From the NCBI RefSeq assembly GCF_000025945.1, contig NC_006138.1, positions 1,020,001 through 1,052,000 on the forward strand: DNA of 32,000 nucleotides, in the 5' to 3' direction. This document shows, one piece after another, positions 1 through 9,713 of this stretch (the first letter of the stretch is position 1; every line of letters begins with the position of its first letter). Source of the DNA: Desulfotalea psychrophila LSv54. Lineage in GTDB: Bacteria; Desulfobacterota; Desulfobulbia; Desulfobulbales; Desulfocapsaceae. Position numbers and translations under genes: made by a program. The notes below the pieces were generated by a model. The model was not told where the DNA came from. It saw nothing but the letters and a program-made list of their open reading frames with translations, and ran no database searches.

Positions 1-390
1 CCCGATAATCAGCGTAAGATTATTCCAAATGGCCAGGTCTATAATTCCACCATTACCAATGTTACGGTTAATCCCACCAGGCGGGTTGATGTCACCGTGG
101 GCATTGGTTATGACGATGATATTCGGGCGGCAAAAGAGGTACTTGAGGGTCTTTTGGCTAAACATGATAAGGTGTTTAGCGATCCGGCCCCACTTGTTGC
201 CGTGAGTGCCCTTGGTGCCTCTTCGGTTGATTTGGTCACCAAGTCATGGGTGAATACCTCGGATTATTGGACGGTTTATTACGCACTGACAGAAGAGATT
301 AAACTTGCCTTCGATGAGGCGGGAATTTCTATTCCGTTTCCGCAGCAGGACGTACATCTTTTTACCAATCAGGCAGAGCAGAAGGAGTAG
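1..390 (+). CDS. Small-conductance mechanosensitive channel (MscS family), C-terminal part; 5' end outside window
   Basis: Frame +1 is open from base 1 (PDNQRKIIPNGQVYNSTITNVTVNPTRRVDVTVGIGYDDDIRAAKEVL...), typical of the MscS beta-domain/C-terminal domain; stop at 388-390. Confidence 0.85.
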   Translation, partial: PDNQRKIIPNGQVYNSTITNVTVNPTRRVDVTVGIGYDDDIRAAKEVLEGLLAKHDKVFSDPAPLVAVSALGASSVDLVTKSWVNTSDYWTVYYALTEEIKLAFDEAGISIPFPQQDVHLFTNQAEQKE

Positions 391-395
391 TTGTT

Positions 396-425
396 AAAGA
401 CCTCTACCTTGGGTAGAGGTCTTTT
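396..425 (+). terminator. Rho-independent terminator of the MscS-family gene
   Basis: Perfect 13-bp stem AAAGACCTCTACC/GGTAGAGGTCTTT with 3-nt loop, T-rich right edge, 5 nt after the stop codon. Confidence 0.8.
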
Positions 426-428
426 CCT

Positions 429-1499
429 GTGGCTGTACCCCAGCTTTTATGGAGAGCGTTATTGGTGTTTGAGAAGAGTGTTGAATTTGTTTTAAGAAGA
501 TATCTGGGGCCAGAAGAACTTGAAGGGCTGATTCTTACTTCGTTGGGCAATGGCCGGATAAACGATACTTACCTGGTGGAAAATATCAGAGAACCCTGGG
601 TGCTGCAGCGCATTAATGCTGAGGTCTTTGCGGAACCTGCCGTTGTTGCCATGAATTTTATAGCGATAAGTCGTCACCTTAATGCAAGAGTCGATAAGAA
701 ATACCAGTGGCCACGGCATATTCCCAGTCTGACAGGTGATCCCTTTGTCCATGACCGGTCAGGTGATGTCTGGCGTTGCCAGACTTATATACCTTCCTCT
801 AGCCTTCTGCCTAGCAGGCAGAGTATCTCTGCCATGGGGGCGGCTCTGGCCGCTTTCCACAGGGCTCTAGTGTCCATGGATAGAGAGCTTATACAGGACC
901 CCCTTCCAGGTTTTCATAACCTTCCTCTATATTTAGAAGAGTATGGTAGTCAGCCCCCCTCGCGGGAGGAAGCCTCTTTACGCTGTGCCCAGCAGCTGGA
1001 GCGGTTTCGAGTCCCGGCCCTCCTCTTTGCGAAGGCCTTGGAGAAGGAGGCCCTGCCGTGCCAATTTATTCATGGTGATCCTAAGCTTGATAATTTTCTC
1101 TTTGACCATGAGGGCAGGGTACTTTCCCTGATAGATCTTGATACCGTCTACTGGGCAAGTCCTCTGGTGGATATTGCCGACGCCCTTCGCTCTCTGCAGA
1201 GTCCGGCTGGTGGTTGGGCTATGGCTGTAGATTTGCATTCCTGTCAAATGTTTCTTCAGGGCTATTTGGCTCTTAAAGTGGATATTTTAGCAGGAAGGGA
1301 AAAGAGTTATCTCTTTGATGCCCTGTTGGCCATTAGCTATGAGTTGGCAGTGCGTTTTTTTACCGATCATCTGGCTGGTGATAGGTATTTTAAGGTAGAG
1401 GAGCATGGTGATAACCTTCGCCGGGCAGAGGAACAGTTTGCCCTGGTTGAGGATATTTTTCTTAAGGAGCTGAGCTTGAGAACTCTATTCCAGTCATAA
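429..1499 (+). CDS. Aminoglycoside phosphotransferase (APH)/choline kinase-like family protein
   Basis: Long ORF with kinase motifs FIHGDPKLDNFLFD and LIDLDTV. The track start (GTG 429) abuts the terminator; the in-frame GTG at 465 with GGAGAG at 451-456 is a more likely start. Confidence 0.8.
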   Translation: MAVPQLLWRALLVFEKSVEFVLRRYLGPEELEGLILTSLGNGRINDTYLVENIREPWVLQRINAEVFAEPAVVAMNFIAISRHLNARVDKKYQWPRHIPSLTGDPFVHDRSGDVWRCQTYIPSSSLLPSRQSISAMGAALAAFHRALVSMDRELIQDPLPGFHNLPLYLEEYGSQPPSREEASLRCAQQLERFRVPALLFAKALEKEALPCQFIHGDPKLDNFLFDHEGRVLSLIDLDTVYWASPLVDIADALRSLQSPAGGWAMAVDLHSCQMFLQGYLALKVDILAGREKSYLFDALLAISYELAVRFFTDHLAGDRYFKVEEHGDNLRRAEEQFALVEDIFLKELSLRTLFQS

Positions 1500-1667
1500 C
1501 TCTTTACCTATACCTTGGTGGCGTTGTATGGTAAAAGAGCCTTTCTGGGAAGAGGTTGTTTTGGTGGGAACCTTAAAAAACACTTTTTCTCCACCTTGGA
1601 GTCAGCGTTGACCTGAGCTTTATTGAAAGTTATAATTTTAAAGGCTCCTTGTAATAAAAAAATATGA

Positions 1668-2808
<1,141 letters not shown>

Positions 2809-2872
2809 GGCTTGAAAGTATGTTGTTTAAAGCTCTTATATACAAAAAATTTTACCTGTTAGGAGAGACATT

Positions 2873-3205
2873 ATGGTAGGAGTAGCCCATGCAGCCACAG
2901 GCGCTGGAGTAGCTGGAGGATTAACCTCTTTTATCCCGCTTATTTTGATATTTGTTGTTTTTTATTTTTTGCTTATCCGTCCTCAGCAAAAACAGGCAAA
3001 GCAACATCAGCTTTTTTTGAGTGAATTGAAAAAGGGACAGAAGATTCTTACCAAGGGTGGCATTTATGGCACCATTACGGCTTTGAATGACAATGTCATT
3101 ACCCTTGAAATAGCAAAGGATATAAGCATCAAGGTTTCCCGTGATGCTGTTGCCGGTGCCGTTGATAGAAGTGGTGTTCTTGAGGGTCCTAAGGGTAAGA
3201 AGTAA
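2873..3205 (+). CDS. yajC: Preprotein translocase subunit YajC
   Basis: 110 aa, one TM (FIPLILIFVVFYFLLIRPQQKQAKQHQ) followed by LKKGQKILTKGGIYGTI; downstream of tgt as is common; GGAGAG ribosome binding site upstream. Confidence 0.95.
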   Translation: MVGVAHAATGAGVAGGLTSFIPLILIFVVFYFLLIRPQQKQAKQHQLFLSELKKGQKILTKGGIYGTITALNDNVITLEIAKDISIKVSRDAVAGAVDRSGVLEGPKGKK

Positions 3206-3280
3206 TCTTCTACTCGATTGATACTGGAGGCAGAGGGTTATTATGGCCTTTTGCCTCTTTTTTTTTATGAAAATATGACC

Positions 3281-4003
3281 ATGGCAACAAAGAAAAAATT
3301 TTATGCGATAGCCGTGGGCAGAACGCCCGGAATTTATACTGATTGGGCCACGGCTGAAAAGGAAGTACGGGGCTTTGCCGGGGCAAAATTTAAGGGTTTT
3401 GCCACTAAAGCGGAGGCGGAGGCGTGGAGGGAAAACCCTCTCTATACCTCTGCCAGGGGCTCTGGTGAAACCGTTAAAACAGCGAAGGCATCGAGCAGAG
3501 CGAAGGTGGTTTATCCTATAACTGGAGTTGAGGATAGAATACTTATGTACACGGATGGTGGTTGTTCGGGTAATCCGGGCCCGGGTGGATACGGTACGGT
3601 TATCTTGGATGGTGACAAGCGCATTGAACTGAGCGGCGGTTATCGTCGGACCACCAATAATCGGATGGAGATGATGGCCTGTATTGCCGGTCTATTACGG
3701 CTTGGAGAAACTAGTAAACCCATCTCTATTTATTCAGATTCACGTTATGTGGTTAATTCTATCAGCAAGGGGTGGGCAGCCGGTTGGCGTAGGCGCGGTT
3801 GGCAGAAGGCCGATGGAAAACCTGCCTTGAACGCTGATCTGTGGAAGATTTTTTTGTCTCTCTGTGAGGACAATCAGGTGAGCTTTTATTGGGTGAAGGG
3901 ACATGCGGGCCATGAATTCAATGAGCGTTGTGATCAGCTTGCCGTCAGTGCCGCTGCTGGGGGTGATCTTGCTGTAGATGCCGCCTATGAGGCCTTAGCT
4001 TAG
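3281..4003 (+). CDS. rnhA: Ribonuclease HI with N-terminal viroplasmin/RNase H1-N domain
   Basis: MATKKKFYAIAVGRTPGIYTDW...VRGFAGAKFKGFATKAEAEAW (N-terminal domain), then MYTDGGCSGNPGPGGYG...ELSGGYRRTTNNRMEMMA...YSDSRYVVNSI...WVKGHAGHEFNERCDQLA. The track ORF begins at 3218; ATG 3281 is the likely start. Confidence 0.95.
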   Translation: MATKKKFYAIAVGRTPGIYTDWATAEKEVRGFAGAKFKGFATKAEAEAWRENPLYTSARGSGETVKTAKASSRAKVVYPITGVEDRILMYTDGGCSGNPGPGGYGTVILDGDKRIELSGGYRRTTNNRMEMMACIAGLLRLGETSKPISIYSDSRYVVNSISKGWAAGWRRRGWQKADGKPALNADLWKIFLSLCEDNQVSFYWVKGHAGHEFNERCDQLAVSAAAGGDLAVDAAYEALA

Positions 4004-4009
4004 AGGTAT

Positions 4010-4029
4010 CTGCCCTGTAAGCAGGGCAG
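4010..4029 (+). terminator. Possible terminator hairpin after rnhA
   Basis: CTGCCCT/AGGGCAG stem with 6-nt loop right after the rnhA stop; U-tract is weak. Confidence 0.35.
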
Positions 4030-4037
4030 ATGTTATT

Positions 4038-4394
4038 TTAAAGAGAAAAAGACTGGGCTTGAGCTACCTCAATGGCAAGCTGGGCCCTTGCCTCGGAGTT
4101 CATGGTAAGATTATTCTCTTCACACCAAGCGGGGAAGGTTTCGGGGTCGATAAAGACCTTGATGACTTGGTCTCCCTCTGCCTCAACCTCCTGTTTTTTT
4201 GCTTCGGCTCTTTTCAGCCAAGCCTGATAACTCTGTGGTAGCAGTTCTGCGTCATTAAAGAGGCTCATCAGGGTGTCCCAGTGTTCCTCTTTGTACCAAA
4301 CCATTGCCTGGATGCTGGCATCTTTGTTGGCAATGTTTTCTTGAGCTTTTTCAGTTGTCTTGCCTGGTTTGTCAAACATTTTTTTCTTAGTCAT
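4038..4394 (-). CDS. Conserved hypothetical protein
   Basis: 118-aa ORF (MTKKKMFDKPGKTTEKAQENIANKDASIQAMVWYKEEHWDTLMSLFNDAELLPQSYQAWLKRAEAK...) of coding-like composition; no family confidently recognised. Confidence 0.6.
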   Translation of the reverse strand: MTKKKMFDKPGKTTEKAQENIANKDASIQAMVWYKEEHWDTLMSLFNDAELLPQSYQAWLKRAEAKKQEVEAEGDQVIKVFIDPETFPAWCEENNLTMNSEARAQLAIEVAQAQSFSL

Positions 4395-4442
4395 GATAAC
4401 GCCTTTTTGGGTGCTATTAATCTGAGACAGTGCCGATGGGTA

Positions 4443-4838
4443 CTAGTCTGTTATTTTTTTTTTGACTATTTCTAAATATTCGATGAACTTTCCATTTCTT
4501 TTTGCAAATTCAATTTCATCACGGGTCGAATCACCGATATAACCACCCCTGTTGATGATAAAAATTTCGTCGGCAAGTTTCATCTTATGTCTGTGTAGTT
4601 GAGCTAAGAGCTTGATCTGTTCCGGACTTAGCGGGGTGCCATCAGCTTGAGAAAAAAACGCTAGAGTGAGAACAATTCTTCCCTTAAGGGTTTGTTCTCG
4701 TGCCACTTTTTCGAAGTCATCCTTGAAGCGAGTTGAGCCGCAGAGGCACATAATAGTGGGTCTGAAGTTGTCTTGGTTTGTCATCTGTTTTTGTATCGAC
4801 CCCATGGTGGTGGGTCGTCCTTTTATACTCAAAATCAC
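4443..4838 (-). CDS. Nucleoside 2-deoxyribosyltransferase-like (DUF4406-type) protein
   Basis: IMCLCGSTRFKDDFEKVAREQTLKGRIVLTL...HRHKMKLADEIFIINRGGYIGDSTRDEIEFAKRNGKFIEYL matches this fold; the true start is probably an internal ATG. Confidence 0.7.
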   Translation of the reverse strand: MILSIKGRPTTMGSIQKQMTNQDNFRPTIMCLCGSTRFKDDFEKVAREQTLKGRIVLTLAFFSQADGTPLSPEQIKLLAQLHRHKMKLADEIFIINRGGYIGDSTRDEIEFAKRNGKFIEYLEIVKKKITD

Positions 4839-4976
4839 GAGATATATTTTATATATACTATTTTAAAAAATAAGCTTAAAAGACTGTCAGCTAAAAGAGA
4901 ATAAAAATTTTACCTGAAAAATATTTTTAATGATGTCCTGTGAAGTCAAACGTTTTTAGCTTTGTTACCTTGAGGC

Positions 4977-5810
4977 TTATAATCGTTGGCACGAGGGGCA
5001 AAAGAAGCTGGCTCTACCGCCTATCTTTTCGGATGAAATGGGACCTTGGCAGTGAGGGCAGGGAAGACTTTTTTTTCCGTAAACCTTAAAGTTCATTTGG
5101 AAGTATCCCTGTCCGCCTTTGGCATTAACGAAATCACTGATGGTTGATCCTCCGCAGTCAATGGCGTGTAGCAGTATCTGCTGGATGCATCGTGCCAACT
5201 TTTCCCACTCCTCCTGTTCTATGCTCTGCACGGATCTTGCCGGGTGGATAGCCGCCTTGAAGAGGCTTTCGTTGGCGTAAATATTGCCGATACCCACTAC
5301 GATATGACTATCCATTATAAAGTTTTTAATGGCGAGGCTTTTGCCCTCTGCAGCCCGGCGGAGATAGTCGGCAGTGAATGTCTCGCCCAGTGGTTCAGGG
5401 CCTAACTTCTGATAGAGACTCTCTTGAAGCATTCTGCTCTTGCCGGCCGGTAAAAATCGGATAGAACCAAAACGACGGGTGTCATTATAGCGAAATTCCT
5501 GATTATTGTCCAGCCTGCACCAAAAATGGTCGTGCTTTGCCCGTGCTTGTTCTTTAGGGAAAACGCCGAGCTGACCTGTCATTCCCAGATGGAGGACGAG
5601 GATGCCGCCGTCATTGAGGAATATGGAGATATATTTCCCTCGACGCTCCAACCGGGTGATCTCTTTCCCCGAGGCATCTCTGTTAAGCTCAGGCAGGGGT
5701 AGTGGTAGTCGTAGTTGCTTGCCACTACCGCCGACAGCCACGATTGTTCGTCCGCAGATAAGGGGACTTATACCTCTTAATATGATCTCTACTTCTGGTA
5801 GCTCTGGCAT
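4977..5810 (-). CDS. mutM: Formamidopyrimidine-DNA glycosylase
   Basis: [15 protein letters not shown]-terminus, [19 protein letters not shown], and C-terminal zinc finger CPHC...CPSCQ. Confidence 0.97.
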
Positions 5811-6544
5811 AGCGCACCTCCGCTCTGCTTAGAATTCAGGAGGCAAAATGCCAGGGCGTAGTTGTCCACCAACTGGATACCAGCACTGTATACTGTAGCT
5901 TCTTCTATCTCCTTGCAGTGGAGTTGAAAGACTTCTCCTTCATTCTCTCTCTCTATGCTCTGCAGTCGAATTTCAAGAAAACCAGGCATGGGCCCGGTGG
6001 CAGTTACTGCCTTTTGCAGGGCCTCCTTGGCAGCCCACAGTTTTGTTAGCTGAATAATAAATGGATCTTCACCCTGTTGGAGGAGCTCCATTTCACCCCG
6101 GGAGCAAAATCTCTCTGCTACCCGTAGCAGGGTCTTTTCAGCCCTTTGAATATCAATTCCGCAGGGTCTTTCAGCAACAAGACTAATGGCGTAGTCCCGG
6201 CTATGTGATATGGATATATCGAGGGAAAGGTGGCCTGGGCTATTGAAGTAGGGTCGGCCATCTTCCCGGTTAAGAATTTCAATTTCTGCAAGCGATATGA
6301 GGATATTATCTTTGTTGTGAAGATATTCTTGAATGGCCTTTTTGCCAGCAAATCTGCCGGAGAACCATTCGCATCTTCTCTTATTCAGTTTATATCCCTC
6401 TAGCTGTTTTTGCTCTTTTTTGGTAAGCACTGCGAGGCATATTTTCTCTGCGGGGAAGAGTTCTGTGATAAAACCTGTAGGGCTCGGGGCCATTTTATCT
6501 TGAATAAAATTGCTTAATTGGCGAGAGAAAATATTTTTGTCCAT
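5789..6544 (-). CDS. 4'-phosphopantetheinyl transferase superfamily protein (Sfp-like)
   Basis: [49 protein letters not shown] motifs; overlaps the mutM start by 22 bp. Confidence 0.9.
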
Positions 6545-6667
6545 GGGGATGAAGCTCTCTTTACATTTGATAATTAATAAAAAACTTGCAGTGGAGAGTG
6601 GCTCTCGGCTCTAATAGAAGTAGTCTTATTATATAATTAACATATTTGATATGAGGTGGAGTGACCT

Positions 6668-7240
6668 ATGGATACAGGTAGTGTTTTTACAACGTATGAT
6701 TTCGTAATTTTGGGAATTCTTGTTTTATTTATAGGGCGTGGTCTGTGGACAGGGTTTATCCAACAAATATCCGTTTTTGTTGCCCTCTACCTGGGCTATT
6801 TCGTGGCCAGTCAATACTATAGTACCTTTTTCCCATTCTGGGAGCATATTTCTCAAAACCCAAAAATTGTTTTTTGGGGTAGCTACGCTATTGCCTTTTT
6901 GCTTACCTATGTATTGGCCATGCTGATTGGTCTTGGTTTAAGACATGTTGTAGAGTTGACCTTTACCTCCTGGCTTGACAGTTTACTGGGGGGGATTGTG
7001 GGCTTTGCCAAGGCTGCTCTGGTTATTGTTCTTCTTCACCTGTTTTTGGGTACGATAATGGCACCGGAGAATAAGATGTTACGCGACTGTGCCTCCTGTG
7101 AGGTTGTGGCTGATGTCTCGGACTATGCTCGTAGATTGATCAAGGATTCCGGGGTACAAGAGGCCTTTCTTATGAAAGATCCAGCCCTGTCTCTTGAGAG
7201 GGTTAAAGAGTATCTTGAACCAATAATGCCGTCTAAATAA
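6668..7240 (+). CDS. CvpA family protein
   Basis: 190 aa with 4 predicted TMs; FVILGILVLFIGRGLWTGFIQQISVFVALYLGYFVA...LGGIVGFAKAALVIVLLHLFLG is CvpA-like. Confidence 0.85.
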   Translation: MDTGSVFTTYDFVILGILVLFIGRGLWTGFIQQISVFVALYLGYFVASQYYSTFFPFWEHISQNPKIVFWGSYAIAFLLTYVLAMLIGLGLRHVVELTFTSWLDSLLGGIVGFAKAALVIVLLHLFLGTIMAPENKMLRDCASCEVVADVSDYARRLIKDSGVQEAFLMKDPALSLERVKEYLEPIMPSK

Positions 7241-7255
7241 TTTCGAATAGTTGAT

Positions 7256-8059
7256 ATGAAAGAATATAAAAGAGTTTTAACAATAGCCGGTTCAGATAGT
7301 GGTGGTGGGGCAGGTATTCAGGCAGATCTAAAGACATTTTCCGCCTGTGGCTGTTTTGGTACCAGTGCCATTACGGCAATTACGGCCCAAAATACCCTTG
7401 GGGTAAGGGCCATTCACTCTGTTCCTGTTGAGATTTTACAGGCCCAGGTGCTTGCGGTTATTGAAGATATTGGGGTAGATGCCATTAAAATTGGCATGTT
7501 ACATTCAGCAGAGCTTATAGCTGCTGTGGCAGTTGTTCTGCGGGAGGCTGATGTGGAAAACATTGTCCTTGATCCGGTGATGGTGGCAACAAGTGGTGAT
7601 CCACTTATTGAGGAGAGTGCTGTTGATGCCATGAAGAAACTTCTCTTTCCTCTGGTGAAGGTCATTACTCCTAATATTCCAGAGGCCGAGATACTTCTTG
7701 GCCAGAAGATAGAGGGAGAAGACCTGGCCCAGGTCGCCCAGGCGCTTGCCGAGGAATTTTCTGTTTCTGTTCTGGCCAAGGCTGGCCATCAGCAGGGAGA
7801 TCTGTTTGTAGATGTTCTCTATAGTAGTGTAACAGAGAAAATTACAAGATTTCCCACCACCAGGGTAGATACTCAGAATACCCATGGAACAGGCTGTTCC
7901 CTCTCCTCTGCCATAGCCTCATTTTTGGCTCGGGGCGAAGATCTTGAAACTGCCATTGCCAGTGCTAGTCAGTATCTGCATGGGGCCTTGGTGGCAGGTG
8001 CAGAGTATAAAATAGGTGCAGGTCATGGGCCCGTACACCACTTTTATCGTTTTTGGTAA
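7256..8059 (+). CDS. thiD: Bifunctional hydroxymethylpyrimidine kinase/phosphomethylpyrimidine kinase
   Basis: VLTIAGSDSGGGAGIQADLKTFSACGCFGTSAITAITAQNT...DPVMVATSGDPL...NIPEAEIL...DTQNTHGTGCSLSSAIAS. Confidence 0.96.
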   Translation: MKEYKRVLTIAGSDSGGGAGIQADLKTFSACGCFGTSAITAITAQNTLGVRAIHSVPVEILQAQVLAVIEDIGVDAIKIGMLHSAELIAAVAVVLREADVENIVLDPVMVATSGDPLIEESAVDAMKKLLFPLVKVITPNIPEAEILLGQKIEGEDLAQVAQALAEEFSVSVLAKAGHQQGDLFVDVLYSSVTEKITRFPTTRVDTQNTHGTGCSLSSAIASFLARGEDLETAIASASQYLHGALVAGAEYKIGAGHGPVHHFYRFW

Positions 8060-8092
8060 GCGAATCTTGATGTCAGTGAGTAGGAGGTGAGA

Positions 8093-8674
8093 ATGAAGCT
8101 GCTTATTGTTTTGGGCAGTCCTCGCAGGCGGGGTAACAGCGAAATTTTAGCAGAGGAGGTGGTGAAAGGCCTTGCAGACGTTGAGGTGGAGTACCTGCGT
8201 CTGAATGATCTGAATATCCGTCCCTGCCAGGGCTGTGGTGGTTGTGAGAAAACGGGGATCTGTGTCATTGCCGATGATATGACAGATCTCTATGCCAAGG
8301 TGGATGCCGCTGATTCTCTGCTTCTGGTCAGCCCCGTCTATTTTTATGGGCTGACTGGCCAGACAAAAATTTTCATTGATCGTTGCCAGTCCCTCTGGTC
8401 GCGCCGCTATCTTTTGAAGGATTCCCATAGGATAGCAGAGGGTCGAAGAGGATATTTACTTTCTGTCGCTGCAACCAATGGAGAGAAATTATTTGACTGC
8501 TCTATGCTCACCGTCCGTTATTTTTTTGATGCCGCGGGTTACCATTACGAAGATTCTCTTTTAGTGCCTGGAGTTGATGCAAAAGGTGATATCTTACAAC
8601 GCCCGGTGGCGCTGCAGGATGCCAGAGACTTTGGCGAGAAGATGTTTGCAACTAGGAATGACCCATTAATATAG
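8093..8674 (+). CDS. Flavodoxin-fold NADPH-dependent FMN reductase family protein
   Basis: MKLLIVLGSPRRRGNSEILAEEV...CQGCGGCEKTGICVIADDM...LVSPVYFYGLTGQTKIFIDRCQSLW; AGGAGG at 8082-8087. The track start at 8087 is GTG, two codons upstream. Confidence 0.92.
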   Translation: MKLLIVLGSPRRRGNSEILAEEVVKGLADVEVEYLRLNDLNIRPCQGCGGCEKTGICVIADDMTDLYAKVDAADSLLLVSPVYFYGLTGQTKIFIDRCQSLWSRRYLLKDSHRIAEGRRGYLLSVAATNGEKLFDCSMLTVRYFFDAAGYHYEDSLLVPGVDAKGDILQRPVALQDARDFGEKMFATRNDPLI

Positions 8675-8693
8675 ATTAACTTGAGGAGTAGAT

Positions 8694-9245
8694 ATGACTG
8701 AAACTTGCCGCTTACGGATATGTGGACTTGATCGCGAACTTCCCCTGGTGCGGATTGGAGATGATTTTTCTTTTGCCAAGTTTGTCATTATGGGAGATAC
8801 CGAATTGGTGGAGAAGGCGGCCGATATGATTGTGGCGCACCCAGATTTTCCCACCTATGATATAGATCTGTTGCTCTGTCCCGGCACCCATGTGTCTCCC
8901 CTGGCCCATGCCATTGCTACCAGGTTAAAGATTAACTATGTGGTAGCCCGGGAATCGGTAAAATCCTATATGCAGGATCAGTTGGTGGAAAAGGGCCTCT
9001 CTGTGTTAAGCAAGGAAGAACAGCTACTTGTGCTTGACGGTGCCGATGTCGAGGGACTGCAGGGGCGAAATGTATGTATAATTGATGATGTGGCGTCTAC
9101 AGGTGAGTCCCTCCAGGCTGTGGAGAGCCTGCTGGCCCGGGTAGGATGTAATGTTGTCGGTAAGGCCGTTATTTTACTTGAAGATGATGGTTACTCAGGA
9201 GATGACCTGATCTATCTGGATAGATTGCCCACCTTTACTAAGTAG
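8694..9245 (+). CDS. Phosphoribosyltransferase family protein (adenine phosphoribosyltransferase-like)
   Basis: PRPP-binding motif NVCIIDDVASTGESLQAVESLL, plus LLLCPGTHVSPLAHAIATRLKINYVVARE...SYM. Confidence 0.88.
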   Translation: MTETCRLRICGLDRELPLVRIGDDFSFAKFVIMGDTELVEKAADMIVAHPDFPTYDIDLLLCPGTHVSPLAHAIATRLKINYVVARESVKSYMQDQLVEKGLSVLSKEEQLLVLDGADVEGLQGRNVCIIDDVASTGESLQAVESLLARVGCNVVGKAVILLEDDGYSGDDLIYLDRLPTFTK

Positions 9246-9315
9246 GTCCAGTCATCATTCTTTTGTTTTGAACTACCCTCTTTATTAAATATCTTATATG
9301 GGCAGGGCTTGTTCA

Positions 9316-9340
9316 TGGCCAGTGAACGGGCCACTGGCCA
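9316..9340. repeat. Perfect 9-bp inverted repeat (TGGCCAGTG N7 CACTGGCCA)
   Basis: Read directly from sequence, about 70 bp after the phosphoribosyltransferase stop; T-rich sequence follows, so it may be a terminator or an operator. Confidence 0.6.
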
Positions 9341-9713
9341 CCGCTGTTGGATTTTTTCCATGGGTTTATTTTTGCCCTCTTTTTTTGATAAATCATATCA
9401 ATATCTTCTTAGAATATTTTTTTGTAAAAAATGTTTGCTAGACAGAATTTTTGAAAGTTGATGTGCCTTTCTGCTAATAAAAATAATGTTTGATGTCGCT
9501 TTTGTTTGAAATTGTTTTGTCATAGCGTTAAAAGAGATGTAACTATTTTGTCTAAGCGCTTTTTGTTGGCTAGGCAAGATCTCTTCTGCCAGGCACAGGG
9601 CTTGCCTCTATCCTAAGTGATCATAGCTAGGTCATTTTATTGTTTGTCTTAGGGCTGGCCTCTATATTGAAAATATAAGAATTATAAAATAATCACAGGG
9701 GATAATAGTAATT

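Noticed and set aside
7241-7255. TPP riboswitch upstream of thiD
   Set aside because: Only 15 bp separate the CvpA-family gene from thiD, which is too short for a THI element.
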